A stretch of DNA of 49,330 bases from Candidatus Buchananbacteria bacterium RIFCSPHIGHO2_02_FULL_56_16 (GCA_001817495.1 MHIL01000026.1:18657-67986), one strand, 5' to 3'; shown: positions 32,150-40,197, counted from the stretch's first letter. The notes: generated by a model from the sequence alone, not told the origin. A program made the numbers and translations.

Positions 32150-33309
32150 CACCCCCCAAGAGCCTACTGGTTAGCCTGGAATTCCCGCCCCAGCACGGCG
32201 GGGTCGGTAACTACTACTATCACGTCTGCAAGCATCTGCCGGCGGGCAGTATCGTGGTACTCGCGCCGACGTCGGCCCAGGCACCGGCCTTTGACGTCAA
32301 GCAGCCCTTCACCATCATCCGTGAACCGCGGCTCAACCGGCTCCTCACGCCGTCGCGGCTGATACTGGTCAACTGGTGGCGGCAGTGGCGGGTCTATCGG
32401 GCGATTCGCCAGAGTATCAAAGTTCACCGCGTTACCCTGCTGCACGTCGGCCACGTCCTGCCGCTCGGTACCATCGCGCTGCTGCTGAAACGCTGGCGGA
32501 AGCTGCCGTACCTCCTCTACGCCCACGGCCTCGACATCCTGCTGCCGCAGCGGTCGGTGCGAAAAAAGGCGCTGCTCAAGCGCATCATCAGGCAAGCCCA
32601 CGGCCTGGTGAGCAACAGCAACTTCACCCGCGAGGCGCTGCTCAAGCTCGGAGGCCGGGCCGACACCATCGCCGTGGTCTACCCCTGCCCGAACCTCACC
32701 GACACCCGCGTGCCGGTTGACCGGCTCGAGCACCTGCGCCGCACCCACCGGCTCGATGGCAAGCGGGTGATTCTCACCGTCGGCCGGCTGGTCGAACGCA
32801 AGGGTCATGACCAGATTATTCGGGCGCTGCCGGCGGTCCGCCAGCGGGTGCCGAACGCCACCTACCTCGTCGTCGGCAACGGGCCGTACCGGCACCGGCT
32901 CCAGCAGCTCGTCAACCAGTACCGGCTCGGCGAGCACGTGACCTTCCTCGACCGCGTTGATGAAACCCAGCTCGCGGCCTGCTTCGAGGTCTGCGACGTC
33001 TTCGCCATGCCGTCGCGCCAGATCGGCCCGGACGTCGAGGGTTTTGGCATGGTCTACCTCGAGGCCGGCCTGTTCGGCAAGCCCGCGGTGGCCGGCGAGA
33101 GCGGGGGAGCGACCGAAGCAGTCTTAAACAACCTCACCGGCATCACCGTTAACCCAAACGACACGGCGGCGATCAGCGCGGCGCTGATTAAGCTTCTGAC
33201 CGACCGGGCCTACGCCGGCCGGCTCGGCTTCCAGGCGATGCAGCGCGTCCTCGAAATGTTCACCTGGGATCATCAGGTTGAAAAACTCCAGAAGCTGCTC
33301 CAACGTTAG
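32146..33309 (+). CDS. Glycosyltransferase family 4 (GT-B)
   Basis: ..VGRLVERKGHDQII.. and ..EGFGMVYLEAGLFGKPAVAGESGGATEAV.. motifs. ATGA overlap with the flippase stop. Confidence 0.85.
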   Translation: MTPPKSLLVSLEFPPQHGGVGNYYYHVCKHLPAGSIVVLAPTSAQAPAFDVKQPFTIIREPRLNRLLTPSRLILVNWWRQWRVYRAIRQSIKVHRVTLLHVGHVLPLGTIALLLKRWRKLPYLLYAHGLDILLPQRSVRKKALLKRIIRQAHGLVSNSNFTREALLKLGGRADTIAVVYPCPNLTDTRVPVDRLEHLRRTHRLDGKRVILTVGRLVERKGHDQIIRALPAVRQRVPNATYLVVGNGPYRHRLQQLVNQYRLGEHVTFLDRVDETQLAACFEVCDVFAMPSRQIGPDVEGFGMVYLEAGLFGKPAVAGESGGATEAVLNNLTGITVNPNDTAAISAALIKLLTDRAYAGRLGFQAMQRVLEMFTWDHQVEKLQKLLQR

Positions 33310-33312
33310 CGT

Positions 33313-33999
33313 ATGGCAACCATCAGCATCATCGTGCCGGTATACAACGGCGAAAAAACCATGGCCGCCTGCCTCAAGAGCATTGTGCAGCAGACCATCA
33401 CGGACCGCGAAATTATCGTGGTAAACGACGGCTCAACTGACGGTACGCTGGACATTCTGAAACAGTTCCGTGACCAAATAACAATCATTACCCAAGAAAA
33501 CCAGGGGGCCAGCTCGGCGCGCAACCGCGGCGCGCGGGAGGCGACCGCGCCGTTTCTCATCTTCTGGGACGCCGACCTTGAGGCCCGGCCGGTTATGCTG
33601 GAGCGGATGCACCACGAGCTGCGGCAACACCCCGGCTGCTCCTACGCCTACAGCTCGTTTCGGTTCGGGTTCAAAACGTTTAAGCTCTTCGCCTTCAGCG
33701 CCGGGAAGCTGCGCCGGATGCCCTGCATTCATACCACCTCGCTGCTGCGCCGTGAGCACTTTCCGGGATTCGACGAGCGGCTGAAAAAATTTCAAGACTG
33801 GGATCTGTGGCTGACGATGCTTACGCAGGGACACGCCGGCTGCTTTGTTCCAGAGGTACTCTTTACCGTAAGAGCCGGCGGCACGATGTCGGCCTGGCTG
33901 CCGTCGTTTGCCTACCGGCTGCCGTTACTGCGCCGGCTCAAGCGCGTCCGATCGTACCGGGACGCGGAAACAATCATTAAACTAAAACACCATATCTAG
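33313..33999 (+). CDS. Glycosyltransferase family 2
   Basis: ISIIVPVYNGEKT...VNDGSTDGT..DAD.. GT-A motifs. Confidence 0.85.
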   Translation: MATISIIVPVYNGEKTMAACLKSIVQQTITDREIIVVNDGSTDGTLDILKQFRDQITIITQENQGASSARNRGAREATAPFLIFWDADLEARPVMLERMHHELRQHPGCSYAYSSFRFGFKTFKLFAFSAGKLRRMPCIHTTSLLRREHFPGFDERLKKFQDWDLWLTMLTQGHAGCFVPEVLFTVRAGGTMSAWLPSFAYRLPLLRRLKRVRSYRDAETIIKLKHHI

Positions 34000-34012
34000 C
34001 TTGCCACCACCT

Positions 34013-34693
34013 ATGGTTCGCCTCCAAAAATTTCTCGCTGATGCCGGCGTCGCATCTCGCCGCAAGGCCGAAACGCTCATCGCCGACGGCAAGGTTAAAA
34101 TCAACGGCGCGGTAGTGACCAAACCCGGCACGCTGGTGGATGAACACCGAGACGCGGTCGAGTGCAAGGGTATTTCTGTCAGGCTCAAAACAAAAAAAGT
34201 CTACCTGGCTGTGCATAAACCAGTTGGGTATATCTCGAGCGCGAGCGACGGCCAGGGTAAATCAATTTTGTCAATTATCGGCTCAAGAGAGCGAATTTAC
34301 CCGGTTGGCCGGCTAGACAAGGATTCTTGTGGATTACTTATCTTGACAAACGATGGTGAGTTTACCAATCAAATCACCCACGCCCGGTTCGGCTGCGAGA
34401 AAGAGTACTTCGTCACCCTCGACCGGGATTTGGCAGCCGGCGATATTAAAAAAATCGAGCGGGGGATGCGCTTAAGCGACGGCACCAGGCTGCGATCGGT
34501 AAAAGTCGTGACCGCGAAAAATAAATCAGCCCGCCTCGTGCTCAAGGAAGGCGTCAACCGCCAGATCCGCCGCATGCTCGGCACGCTCGGCTACACGGTC
34601 GTGAAATTGAAACGGATTCGGATCGGCAAGCTGGAACTCGGCACGCTCAAGGCAGGGGAGTGGAAGAGCATCAGGCCGGAGGATGTGCTATGA
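34013..34693 (+). CDS. Pseudouridine synthase (RsuA/RluB family) with S4 domain
   Basis: MVRLQKFLADAGVASRRKAETLI (S4 domain) and catalytic ..YPVGRLDKDSCGLLILTNDGEF.. Confidence 0.9.
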   Translation: MVRLQKFLADAGVASRRKAETLIADGKVKINGAVVTKPGTLVDEHRDAVECKGISVRLKTKKVYLAVHKPVGYISSASDGQGKSILSIIGSRERIYPVGRLDKDSCGLLILTNDGEFTNQITHARFGCEKEYFVTLDRDLAAGDIKKIERGMRLSDGTRLRSVKVVTAKNKSARLVLKEGVNRQIRRMLGTLGYTVVKLKRIRIGKLELGTLKAGEWKSIRPEDVL

Positions 34694-34799
34694 AAAAATT
34701 AAAAATAAAAAATCAAAATGTAAAGCTACAAATCAAATTTCAAAGCTTTGACCTTTTAGCTGCACCTTTGATTTTTGCTTTTTGATTTTTAATTTTTCT
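34694..34799. repeat. Family F4 (A/T-run) periodic hairpin, copy 2, spanning exactly stop to start
   Basis: AAAAATTAAAAATAAAAAATCAAAA.. pairs with ..TTTGATTTTTAATTTTT. Nested AAAGCTACAAATCAAA/TTTGATTTTTGCTTT and central TCAAAGCTTTGA. Confidence 0.7.
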
Positions 34800-35576
34800 A
34801 TGGACATCTCCATCGTCATTGTCTCCTGGAACGTCAAAGATTTGCTGCGGAAATGTCTGCGGACGATTTACCAAAGCCAGCACCGGCTGACCGTTGAGGT
34901 CTTTGTCGTTGATAACGCCTCAACCGACGGGACCGCTAAAATGGTCGAACAAGAATTTAGTTCAGCCGTACTGATCACAAACAAACAGAATCGCGGCTTC
35001 GCCGCGGCCAACAACCAGGCGATTGCCCAAAGTACCGGCCGTTACGTACTCGCGCTTAATCCCGATACGGAACTCACGGCAGACACGCTTCAACGAATGA
35101 TTGACTTCATGAATCAAAACGAGCGCGTCGGCATCGCCGGCTGCCAGCACCGTAATGCTGACGGCAGCCTCCAGCCATCGGTCCGGCGGCTGCCGACGGT
35201 CGGCGCGATGCTTTTGATTACAACCAAGCTGGCCAAGCTCTGGCCGAACGCACCGGCGCTGCGCGTCTACCTGGCCACAGACTTCGATTACCAAATAACC
35301 CAGCCTGCCCCGCAGGTGGCCGGTTCGTTTCTCTTGATGCGCCGGGAGCTGATCGAAAAAATCGGATCGTTCGACGAGCGGTTCTTCATCTGGTTTGAAG
35401 AAGTCGACCTGTGCCGCCGAGCGGCCCGAGCCGGCTGGGGGGTCTGGTACTGTACTGACGCCACGATCATCCACCACGGCGGCCAAAGCTTCAAGCAGCA
35501 GCTCGCCGTCCGGAAGCAGGCGCTGTTTTTCAAAAGCGCGATGCGTTACTTTAAAAAGCATGGCTTTCACGGCTAA
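34800..35576 (+). CDS. Glycosyltransferase family 2
   Basis: MDISIVIVSWNVKDLL..VVDNASTDGT..NRGFAAANN.. motifs. Confidence 0.85.
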   Translation: MDISIVIVSWNVKDLLRKCLRTIYQSQHRLTVEVFVVDNASTDGTAKMVEQEFSSAVLITNKQNRGFAAANNQAIAQSTGRYVLALNPDTELTADTLQRMIDFMNQNERVGIAGCQHRNADGSLQPSVRRLPTVGAMLLITTKLAKLWPNAPALRVYLATDFDYQITQPAPQVAGSFLLMRRELIEKIGSFDERFFIWFEEVDLCRRAARAGWGVWYCTDATIIHHGGQSFKQQLAVRKQALFFKSAMRYFKKHGFHG

Positions 35577-37014
35577 ACCATTCGGGCTAACCCTGGCAGC
35601 GGCTGCAGCCGTTGAGCTCCTCTCGCTGGCCGCCTTCTACCAGCCGGTTATCGGCACGGTCGGCTGCCTGCTATTGATCGCCGCCGCGCTGATTGCGTCG
35701 TTACGCCGACTCGAGTACGGACTCTACTTCATTCTGGCCGAACTGTTTATCGGTTCCCAGGGCCACCTGCTCGAAGCCCAGTTCGGCGGCACGAACGTTT
35801 CGCTGCGCATCGGCCTGTTCATCGCGGTGCTGGCCGCCTGGCTCTGGCACCGGCTCAAAGCAAAAAATGTTACGGTGCCGCGGTCGCCCCTCTGGTACTG
35901 CTATCTTGGGTTGGGTACGTTTATCTCAATCGGCCTGCTCCAGGGACTCGCCGCCAACGATTTTGGCAGCGTCTTTTTTGACTTCAACGCCTGGATGTAC
36001 TTCGGGCTGACGATCGCGTTCTTCGACGCCGCCGGGCCGAAATTTTTAGAACGGACGATTCAAATCCTGCTGGCGGCGACCGCCTGGGTGGCGGCCAAGA
36101 CCGTCGTTGTCCTGCTCTTGTTCTCGCACAACCTCACCGCCATCGGCGGCCCGCTCTATCAGTGGCTGCGCGACACCAGGACCGGCGAGGTTACCTTGGT
36201 GAGCGGCACCATCTTCCGCATTTTCTTTCAGTCCCAGCTCTACGTGCTGATCGGCTACTTCATCGTGGCAGCACTACTCATCCACGGCTGGCAGCAGCTG
36301 CCAAAGAGAAACCGTTGGCTTGGCATCGGCTATCTCTACCTCGTTGGCGTGGCGCTGGTAGTCAGCCAATCGCGCAGTTTCTGGGTGGGGGCCGCGGCTG
36401 CGGCGGTGACGTTGCTGGTGCTGCTGGTCTGGCGGCTTAAGTTGAGCCTGCAAAAAACCGCCCAGATCGGGCTGCTGTTTGGCGTGAGCGCCGCAAGCGC
36501 GCTGCTGACGGTCCAGCTGATCACCGGTAACGTCTTTAGCAACATCGTCGGCAACCGATTCAAAGACTTACCGCGCGAGGCGGCCGGCATGAGCCGGCTC
36601 AACCAGCTCCAGCCGTTGACGAAAAACATCGCGGCGCGGCCGCTCCTGGGCTACGGTTTCGGCAAAACCCTGACCTACCAGAGCCGCGACCCGCGGGTTT
36701 TGGAAACTCACCCGGACGGCAGGTACACGACCTATGCCTTTGAGTGGGGATACCTCGACATCGCCCTGAAGATTGGCGTACTGGGGTTGGGCGCCTATCT
36801 TGTATTGGTCGGCTACGTTGTATTCAAATTAATCCAAAATTTAAAATTTAAAACCAGTGCCTCGCTCGGGCTGCTGGCCGGACTAGTCGCCCTGGTCATC
36901 ACCAACGTCTTCTCGCCCTATCTGAACCATCCGCTGGGCATTGGGTACGTGATGCTGGTGTCGGCGTTGATTGCTCAAGATAAGACCCGCGGAATTTCGA
37001 ATGATGAATTTTAA
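35560..37014 (+). CDS. O-antigen ligase-like membrane protein
   Basis: About 10-12 TM segments. ..VALVVSQSRSFWVGAAAA.. resembles the Wzy_C/O-antigen ligase loop. Start placed at ATG 35560. Confidence 0.6.
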   Translation: MAFTAKPFGLTLAAAAAVELLSLAAFYQPVIGTVGCLLLIAAALIASLRRLEYGLYFILAELFIGSQGHLLEAQFGGTNVSLRIGLFIAVLAAWLWHRLKAKNVTVPRSPLWYCYLGLGTFISIGLLQGLAANDFGSVFFDFNAWMYFGLTIAFFDAAGPKFLERTIQILLAATAWVAAKTVVVLLLFSHNLTAIGGPLYQWLRDTRTGEVTLVSGTIFRIFFQSQLYVLIGYFIVAALLIHGWQQLPKRNRWLGIGYLYLVGVALVVSQSRSFWVGAAAAAVTLLVLLVWRLKLSLQKTAQIGLLFGVSAASALLTVQLITGNVFSNIVGNRFKDLPREAAGMSRLNQLQPLTKNIAARPLLGYGFGKTLTYQSRDPRVLETHPDGRYTTYAFEWGYLDIALKIGVLGLGAYLVLVGYVVFKLIQNLKFKTSASLGLLAGLVALVITNVFSPYLNHPLGIGYVMLVSALIAQDKTRGISNDEF

Positions 37015-37108
37015 ATTTCGAATCAATGTTTAATGTTTTAATTTTAAAAATTCAGTCATTTTAATTCAAAAGTTCAAATTCAAAATTCATACTTGAGGAA
37101 GGAAACGA

Positions 37109-38050
37109 TCACATAAGAACCCACCCGACGCACCGCGGATAGCCGCGCAAAAATTCGGCGGCTGACATTTCTTTCTTGCCCTCAACCTGCACCCGCCCGA
37201 GACAAACCGCGCCCTGGCCGCACTTCACGGCCAGGCCTTTTTTATCGGCTAAAAATACCGTCCCCAGGGCTCCATCAGCCTTAAAATTACCCTCTAAGAC
37301 GCTCAAATTGACGATTTTAAGACGCTTACCCTGCACATGGGTGTAAACCCCCGGCCAGGGCAAAAACGCCCGGAATTGCCGCTCTATTGCCTCGGCCGGT
37401 TTTGACCACTGAATCAGGCCGTCTTCGCGGGTGATGATGCTCGTGTACGTTGCCCGGGCTTCGTCCTGGGCTTTCGGTTGCAGCGCGCCGGCCAGGTAGT
37501 CGGGCAACGTCCGGAGCATCAAATCAGTCGCCAGCACTGCCAGGCGGTCGGTAAGGGTAACGGCCGTGTCGGTCGGCAAGACCGCTAGCTTTTCCTGAGC
37601 CAAGGTCGGACCGTGATCCATCTGCTCGTCGAGCAGCATGACCGTCACGCCGCTCCACTCATCGCCATTTAGAATCGCGTTTTGAACCGGCGCCGGACCG
37701 CGGTACAACGGCAAGAGCGACGGGTGAATGTTGATGAAACCGAAACGGGGGATTGCCAGTGTTTCTTTTTTGATCAATGTCCCGTACGCGGCCAAAATGC
37801 AGACGTCGGGTTTAGCCTGACGCAGCAGCACGTCGAGCGGCTGCCGGCGTTCGGGCTGGCTGACGGGAATGCCTGCCTTTCGGGCAACCGGCTTAACCGG
37901 CGGGGCCTGGAGCAGCTGTTTACGGCCGGCCGGTTGGTCCGGCCTCGTAATTACCAAAACAGGCTTTTGGTCGTTCTCGATCAGCGCCTGCAGGATCGGC
38001 ACCGCGAACTCGGCGGTACCCAAAAATACGATGTTAGCGTTTGCGGCCAT
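37109..38050 (-). CDS. fmt: Methionyl-tRNA formyltransferase
   Basis: ..IVFLGTAEFAVPIL..INIHPSLLPLYRGPAPVQNAIL.G...GVT.M. Confidence 0.9.
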   Translation of the reverse strand: MAANANIVFLGTAEFAVPILQALIENDQKPVLVITRPDQPAGRKQLLQAPPVKPVARKAGIPVSQPERRQPLDVLLRQAKPDVCILAAYGTLIKKETLAIPRFGFINIHPSLLPLYRGPAPVQNAILNGDEWSGVTVMLLDEQMDHGPTLAQEKLAVLPTDTAVTLTDRLAVLATDLMLRTLPDYLAGALQPKAQDEARATYTSIITREDGLIQWSKPAEAIERQFRAFLPWPGVYTHVQGKRLKIVNLSVLEGNFKADGALGTVFLADKKGLAVKCGQGAVCLGRVQVEGKKEMSAAEFLRGYPRCVGWVLM

Positions 38051-38528
38051 TGGCAGGCTGGTCGGCGGTGGTTACCGCCTTGCTCCGGTCAGTAATCAAG
38101 ATACCGTTGGTGTGGTCCACCTCATGCTGGATCACCCGGGCGAACAGCCCCTCGGCGCTGAACCGCAGCGGCTTGCCCTTGGCGTCGAGCGCCTTAACCT
38201 TAATCCGCACCGAGCGCTTAACTTGCGCATAAGTATTCGGGATACTCAAGCAGCCCTCTTCTCCGGTTTCTTTTTTCCACGAGTACGAGGTGATGGCCGG
38301 ATTGAGCAGCGCCAGCGACCCGTCTTTGGTGGCGATCAGCACCAGACGCACCAGCTGGCCGACCTGGACCGCCGCCAGTCCGATACCCTGGTGCTCCTTC
38401 ATGGTTTTTTCAATATCTAAAATCAGCCGAGCGATCGTCGGCGATGTTACCTCGGCGGCGGTCAGGGGCCGCGACGTTTGATGGAGGATTGGATCGGGGT
38501 GAATTTTGAGGGGAAGGGCGGTAACCAT
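38034..38528 (-). CDS. def: Peptide deformylase
   Basis: ..GIGLAAVQVG.., EGCLSIP and QHEVDH motifs. Confidence 0.9.
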   Translation of the reverse strand: MVTALPLKIHPDPILHQTSRPLTAAEVTSPTIARLILDIEKTMKEHQGIGLAAVQVGQLVRLVLIATKDGSLALLNPAITSYSWKKETGEEGCLSIPNTYAQVKRSVRIKVKALDAKGKPLRFSAEGLFARVIQHEVDHTNGILITDRSKAVTTADQPANGRKR

Positions 38529-38549
38529 AGCTGTAATCAGTATAGCACG

Positions 38550-38699
38550 TCAGTGCCGTTCATGCACCGACGGGTCGGCGTCGAGCCGGCCGATGTCTTC
38601 TTCCAGCCGCTCGCACGCTTCAGGGTTCCCACCGAGCTGGGCTTCAATCAGCTGGTTCAAGTGAGCGCGCAACGCTTCGAGGTACATAAGGCGGTCCAT
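38550..38699 (-). CDS. Small protein (49 aa) upstream of def
   Basis: ATG 38699 preceded by AAGGAGA. MDRLMYLEALRAHLNQLIEAQLGGNPEACERLEEDIGRLDADPSVHERH. Confidence 0.4.
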   Translation of the reverse strand: MDRLMYLEALRAHLNQLIEAQLGGNPEACERLEEDIGRLDADPSVHERH

Positions 38700-38717
38700 T
38701 TTTGTTTTTGTCTCCTT

Positions 38718-38751
38718 AAAAAACCAAATATCTCCCAAGGGCGGGGAGATA
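38718..38751 (-). promoter_or_regulatory. Hairpin plus U-run in the leader of the small-ORF/def/fmt operon
   Basis: On the minus strand: TATCTCC-ccgcccttg-GGAGATA followed by TTTGGTTTTTT, directly before the SD. Confidence 0.4.
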
Positions 38752-38769
38752 GTTTTATTAGAAGTTTCT

Positions 38770-38797
38770 ATTATAGCGCTTCAGACCGGCTTGTCAA
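38770..38797 (-). promoter_or_regulatory. Consensus-like sigma70 promoter (TTGACA-16-TATAAT) on the minus strand
   Basis: Reverse complements tgtcaa at 38792-38797 and attata at 38770-38775. Confidence 0.7.
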
Positions 38798-38804
38798 GGG
38801 CTGC

Positions 38805-38834
38805 TTGACGTTTCGCGGCGGCGGGGAGTAAGCT
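38805..38834 (+). promoter_or_regulatory. Divergent promoter (TTGACG-18-TAAGCT) of the small-ORF operon
   Basis: Hexamers at 38805-38810 and 38829-38834. Confidence 0.4.
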
Positions 38835-38865
38835 GCGTATACAAGAGCCAAAAAGGAGGGTACTG

Positions 38866-38919
38866 ATGGCCAGCATTACTGGATTACGGTCAAGATACTT
38901 GATGCTCTTTTACAACTAG
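38866..38919 (+). CDS. 17-aa ORF (MASITGLRSRYLMLFYN)
   Basis: Strong SD AAGGAGGG 5 nt upstream. Could be a leader peptide. Confidence 0.3.
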   Translation: MASITGLRSRYLMLFYN

Positions 38920-38957
38920 CCTGCGTTGGACCCATCGTCTAGGCAGTCATCTGCCGG

Positions 38958-39083
38958 ATGATTCCCTGGTGGTTCCTGCTCCTCGCGGGAACCGGCCTAA
39001 CCCTGCTCGCTTGGCGAGCAGTTCGAAATATGTCCCAGCGGATTTCCTATCGAGAGAGGAAAAACTGTAATGGCTCCACATAG
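38958..39083 (+). CDS. 41-aa single-TM ORF (MIPWWFLLLAGTGLTLLAWRAV..)
   Basis: Hydrophobic N-terminus. Overlaps the start of the next ORF by 14 nt. No clear SD. Confidence 0.3.
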   Translation: MIPWWFLLLAGTGLTLLAWRAVRNMSQRISYRERKNCNGST

Positions 39084-39363
39084 CGCTGTTCCAACCACCG
39101 AAGCCGAAGCATTGATTTACCACCGTCCCGAAAACAAACCAGAACCGCTTCCCTGGCTCCGTCGGTTCGAGTACCGGGCTCAGGTCGCCTCAGCCGTTCG
39201 CGAAATGCGAGACCGGCTGGGACTGAGCCAGTACGCGTTCGCCGGCGTGGTCGGCCTCAAGGTTGACGATATCGAGGCAATCGAAGACTTGGACTTCAAC
39301 GATGAGGCTCTCCCGGGTATTTTTGAGATGATCAAGACCATTGTTGATGAAGAGCCACAGTAG
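39070..39363 (+). CDS. Small XRE-like helix-turn-helix protein
   Basis: ..VREMRDRLGLSQYAFAGVVGLKVDDIEAIE.. resembles the XRE/Cro HTH. Confidence 0.5.
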   Translation: MAPHSAVPTTEAEALIYHRPENKPEPLPWLRRFEYRAQVASAVREMRDRLGLSQYAFAGVVGLKVDDIEAIEDLDFNDEALPGIFEMIKTIVDEEPQ

Positions 39364-39387
39364 TGCATCTGAGAAAGGGGTGAGCTA

Positions 39388-39534
39388 ATGTCACACGTCA
39401 AACAGGGGTTGCAGGTACTTCACGGCTGGATTGGACTGGCTGGTTTTCTGCTGGTTGCATCAGCCGGCTACGTACTATGCTGGGTGTTTTTCAGAAAAAG
39501 ACCGACTGACTGGGAGCATGAAGATCCGGATTAA
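39388..39534 (+). CDS. 48-aa single-TM protein
   Basis: MSHVKQGLQVLHGWIGLAGFLLVASAGYVLCWVFFRKRPTDWEHEDPD. AAAGGGGTGA lies upstream. Confidence 0.45.
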   Translation: MSHVKQGLQVLHGWIGLAGFLLVASAGYVLCWVFFRKRPTDWEHEDPD

Positions 39535-39561
39535 AACAGCTCAATGAGGGAGGAAACAAAC

Positions 39562-39762
39562 ATGGGCGTAAAGCTAAAGCTTGCCTTCGGAGTTACCTTG
39601 GGTGTACTCATATTGGTCGCAGCAAGCTGCTGCTTCCCCAAGCTGATGGTTCGGGTCGCCGTGGTGTATGGTGTTTTGTTTGTCATCATGGCGGTCTGGT
39701 TCGTCTGGGGACTGATTCGGACCGGTGTCCGAAAAAAGGAGGGAAAACAACCATGTGGCTGA
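39562..39762 (+). CDS. 66-aa two-TM protein ending ..GKQPCG (paralog 1)
   Basis: SD GGGAGGA 7 nt upstream. 10-nt overlap with the next ORF. Confidence 0.6.
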   Translation: MGVKLKLAFGVTLGVLILVAASCCFPKLMVRVAVVYGVLFVIMAVWFVWGLIRTGVRKKEGKQPCG

Positions 39763-39944
39763 GTATCGGAATTGTGATCGCGGGTGTCGCAAGGATATTT
39801 CTCACCATTGTTACGGTGTACTTTACCTTGGTACTCGGTCTCATCGTGTACTACGCGATAATGGTAGGAGTAATCTGGCTCTTTGCGAAGGTTTGTGAAG
39901 CGCTTGAAAAAATCTGCGAGCGGAGGAGACAGCCATGTGGATGA
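39753..39944 (+). CDS. 63-aa two-TM protein, MWLSIG.. to ..RRQPCG (paralog 2)
   Basis: SD AAGGAGGG 9 nt upstream. Same 10-nt overlap geometry at both ends. Confidence 0.6.
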   Translation: MWLSIGIVIAGVARIFLTIVTVYFTLVLGLIVYYAIMVGVIWLFAKVCEALEKICERRRQPCG

Positions 39945-40137
39945 GTATTGGCCTGATTAGCTTCATGGCAATTCCGTACCTCGTTTTCAACGTTTGGTTG
40001 GTATTGACAGACTACTACCTGTCAGTGAGAGAAAACCGGGTGAGACCATCGCTCAAAAGACGCTCCTTCTCATTATCGGCGGACTGCCGATTGTCCTTTA
40101 TTACGGCATTTGGAAAGCTGACACTAACGACGAGTGA
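39935..40137 (+). pseudogene. Third paralog (MWMSIG..), apparently frameshifted near 40030-40045
   Basis: SD GGAGGAG 6 nt upstream. The second TM helix (..TLLLIIGGLPIVLYYGIWKADTNDE*) is only readable in the -1 frame, ending TGA 40135-40137, 30 nt before the terminator. The track ORF instead reads through the terminator. Confidence 0.4.
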
Positions 40138-40170
40138 ACCTTACTTCGCAACAGCGTTGCTCCCAAGCGG

Positions 40171-40197
40171 GCAGCTCCCATCGAGCTGCTTTTTTTC
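40171..40197 (+). terminator. Intrinsic terminator of the small-ORF operon
   Basis: GCAGCTC-ccatc-GAGCTGC followed by TTTTTTT. Confidence 0.75.

Noticed and set aside
36826-37108. AT-rich tract at the 3' end of the O-antigen-ligase-like gene and the following spacer as a further F4 hairpin copy.
   Set aside because: There is some complementarity (AATCCAAAATTTAAAATTTAAAAC versus GTTTTAATTTTAAAAATT), but I could not establish a convincing nested stem by eye. It may simply be an AT-rich convergent terminator region.
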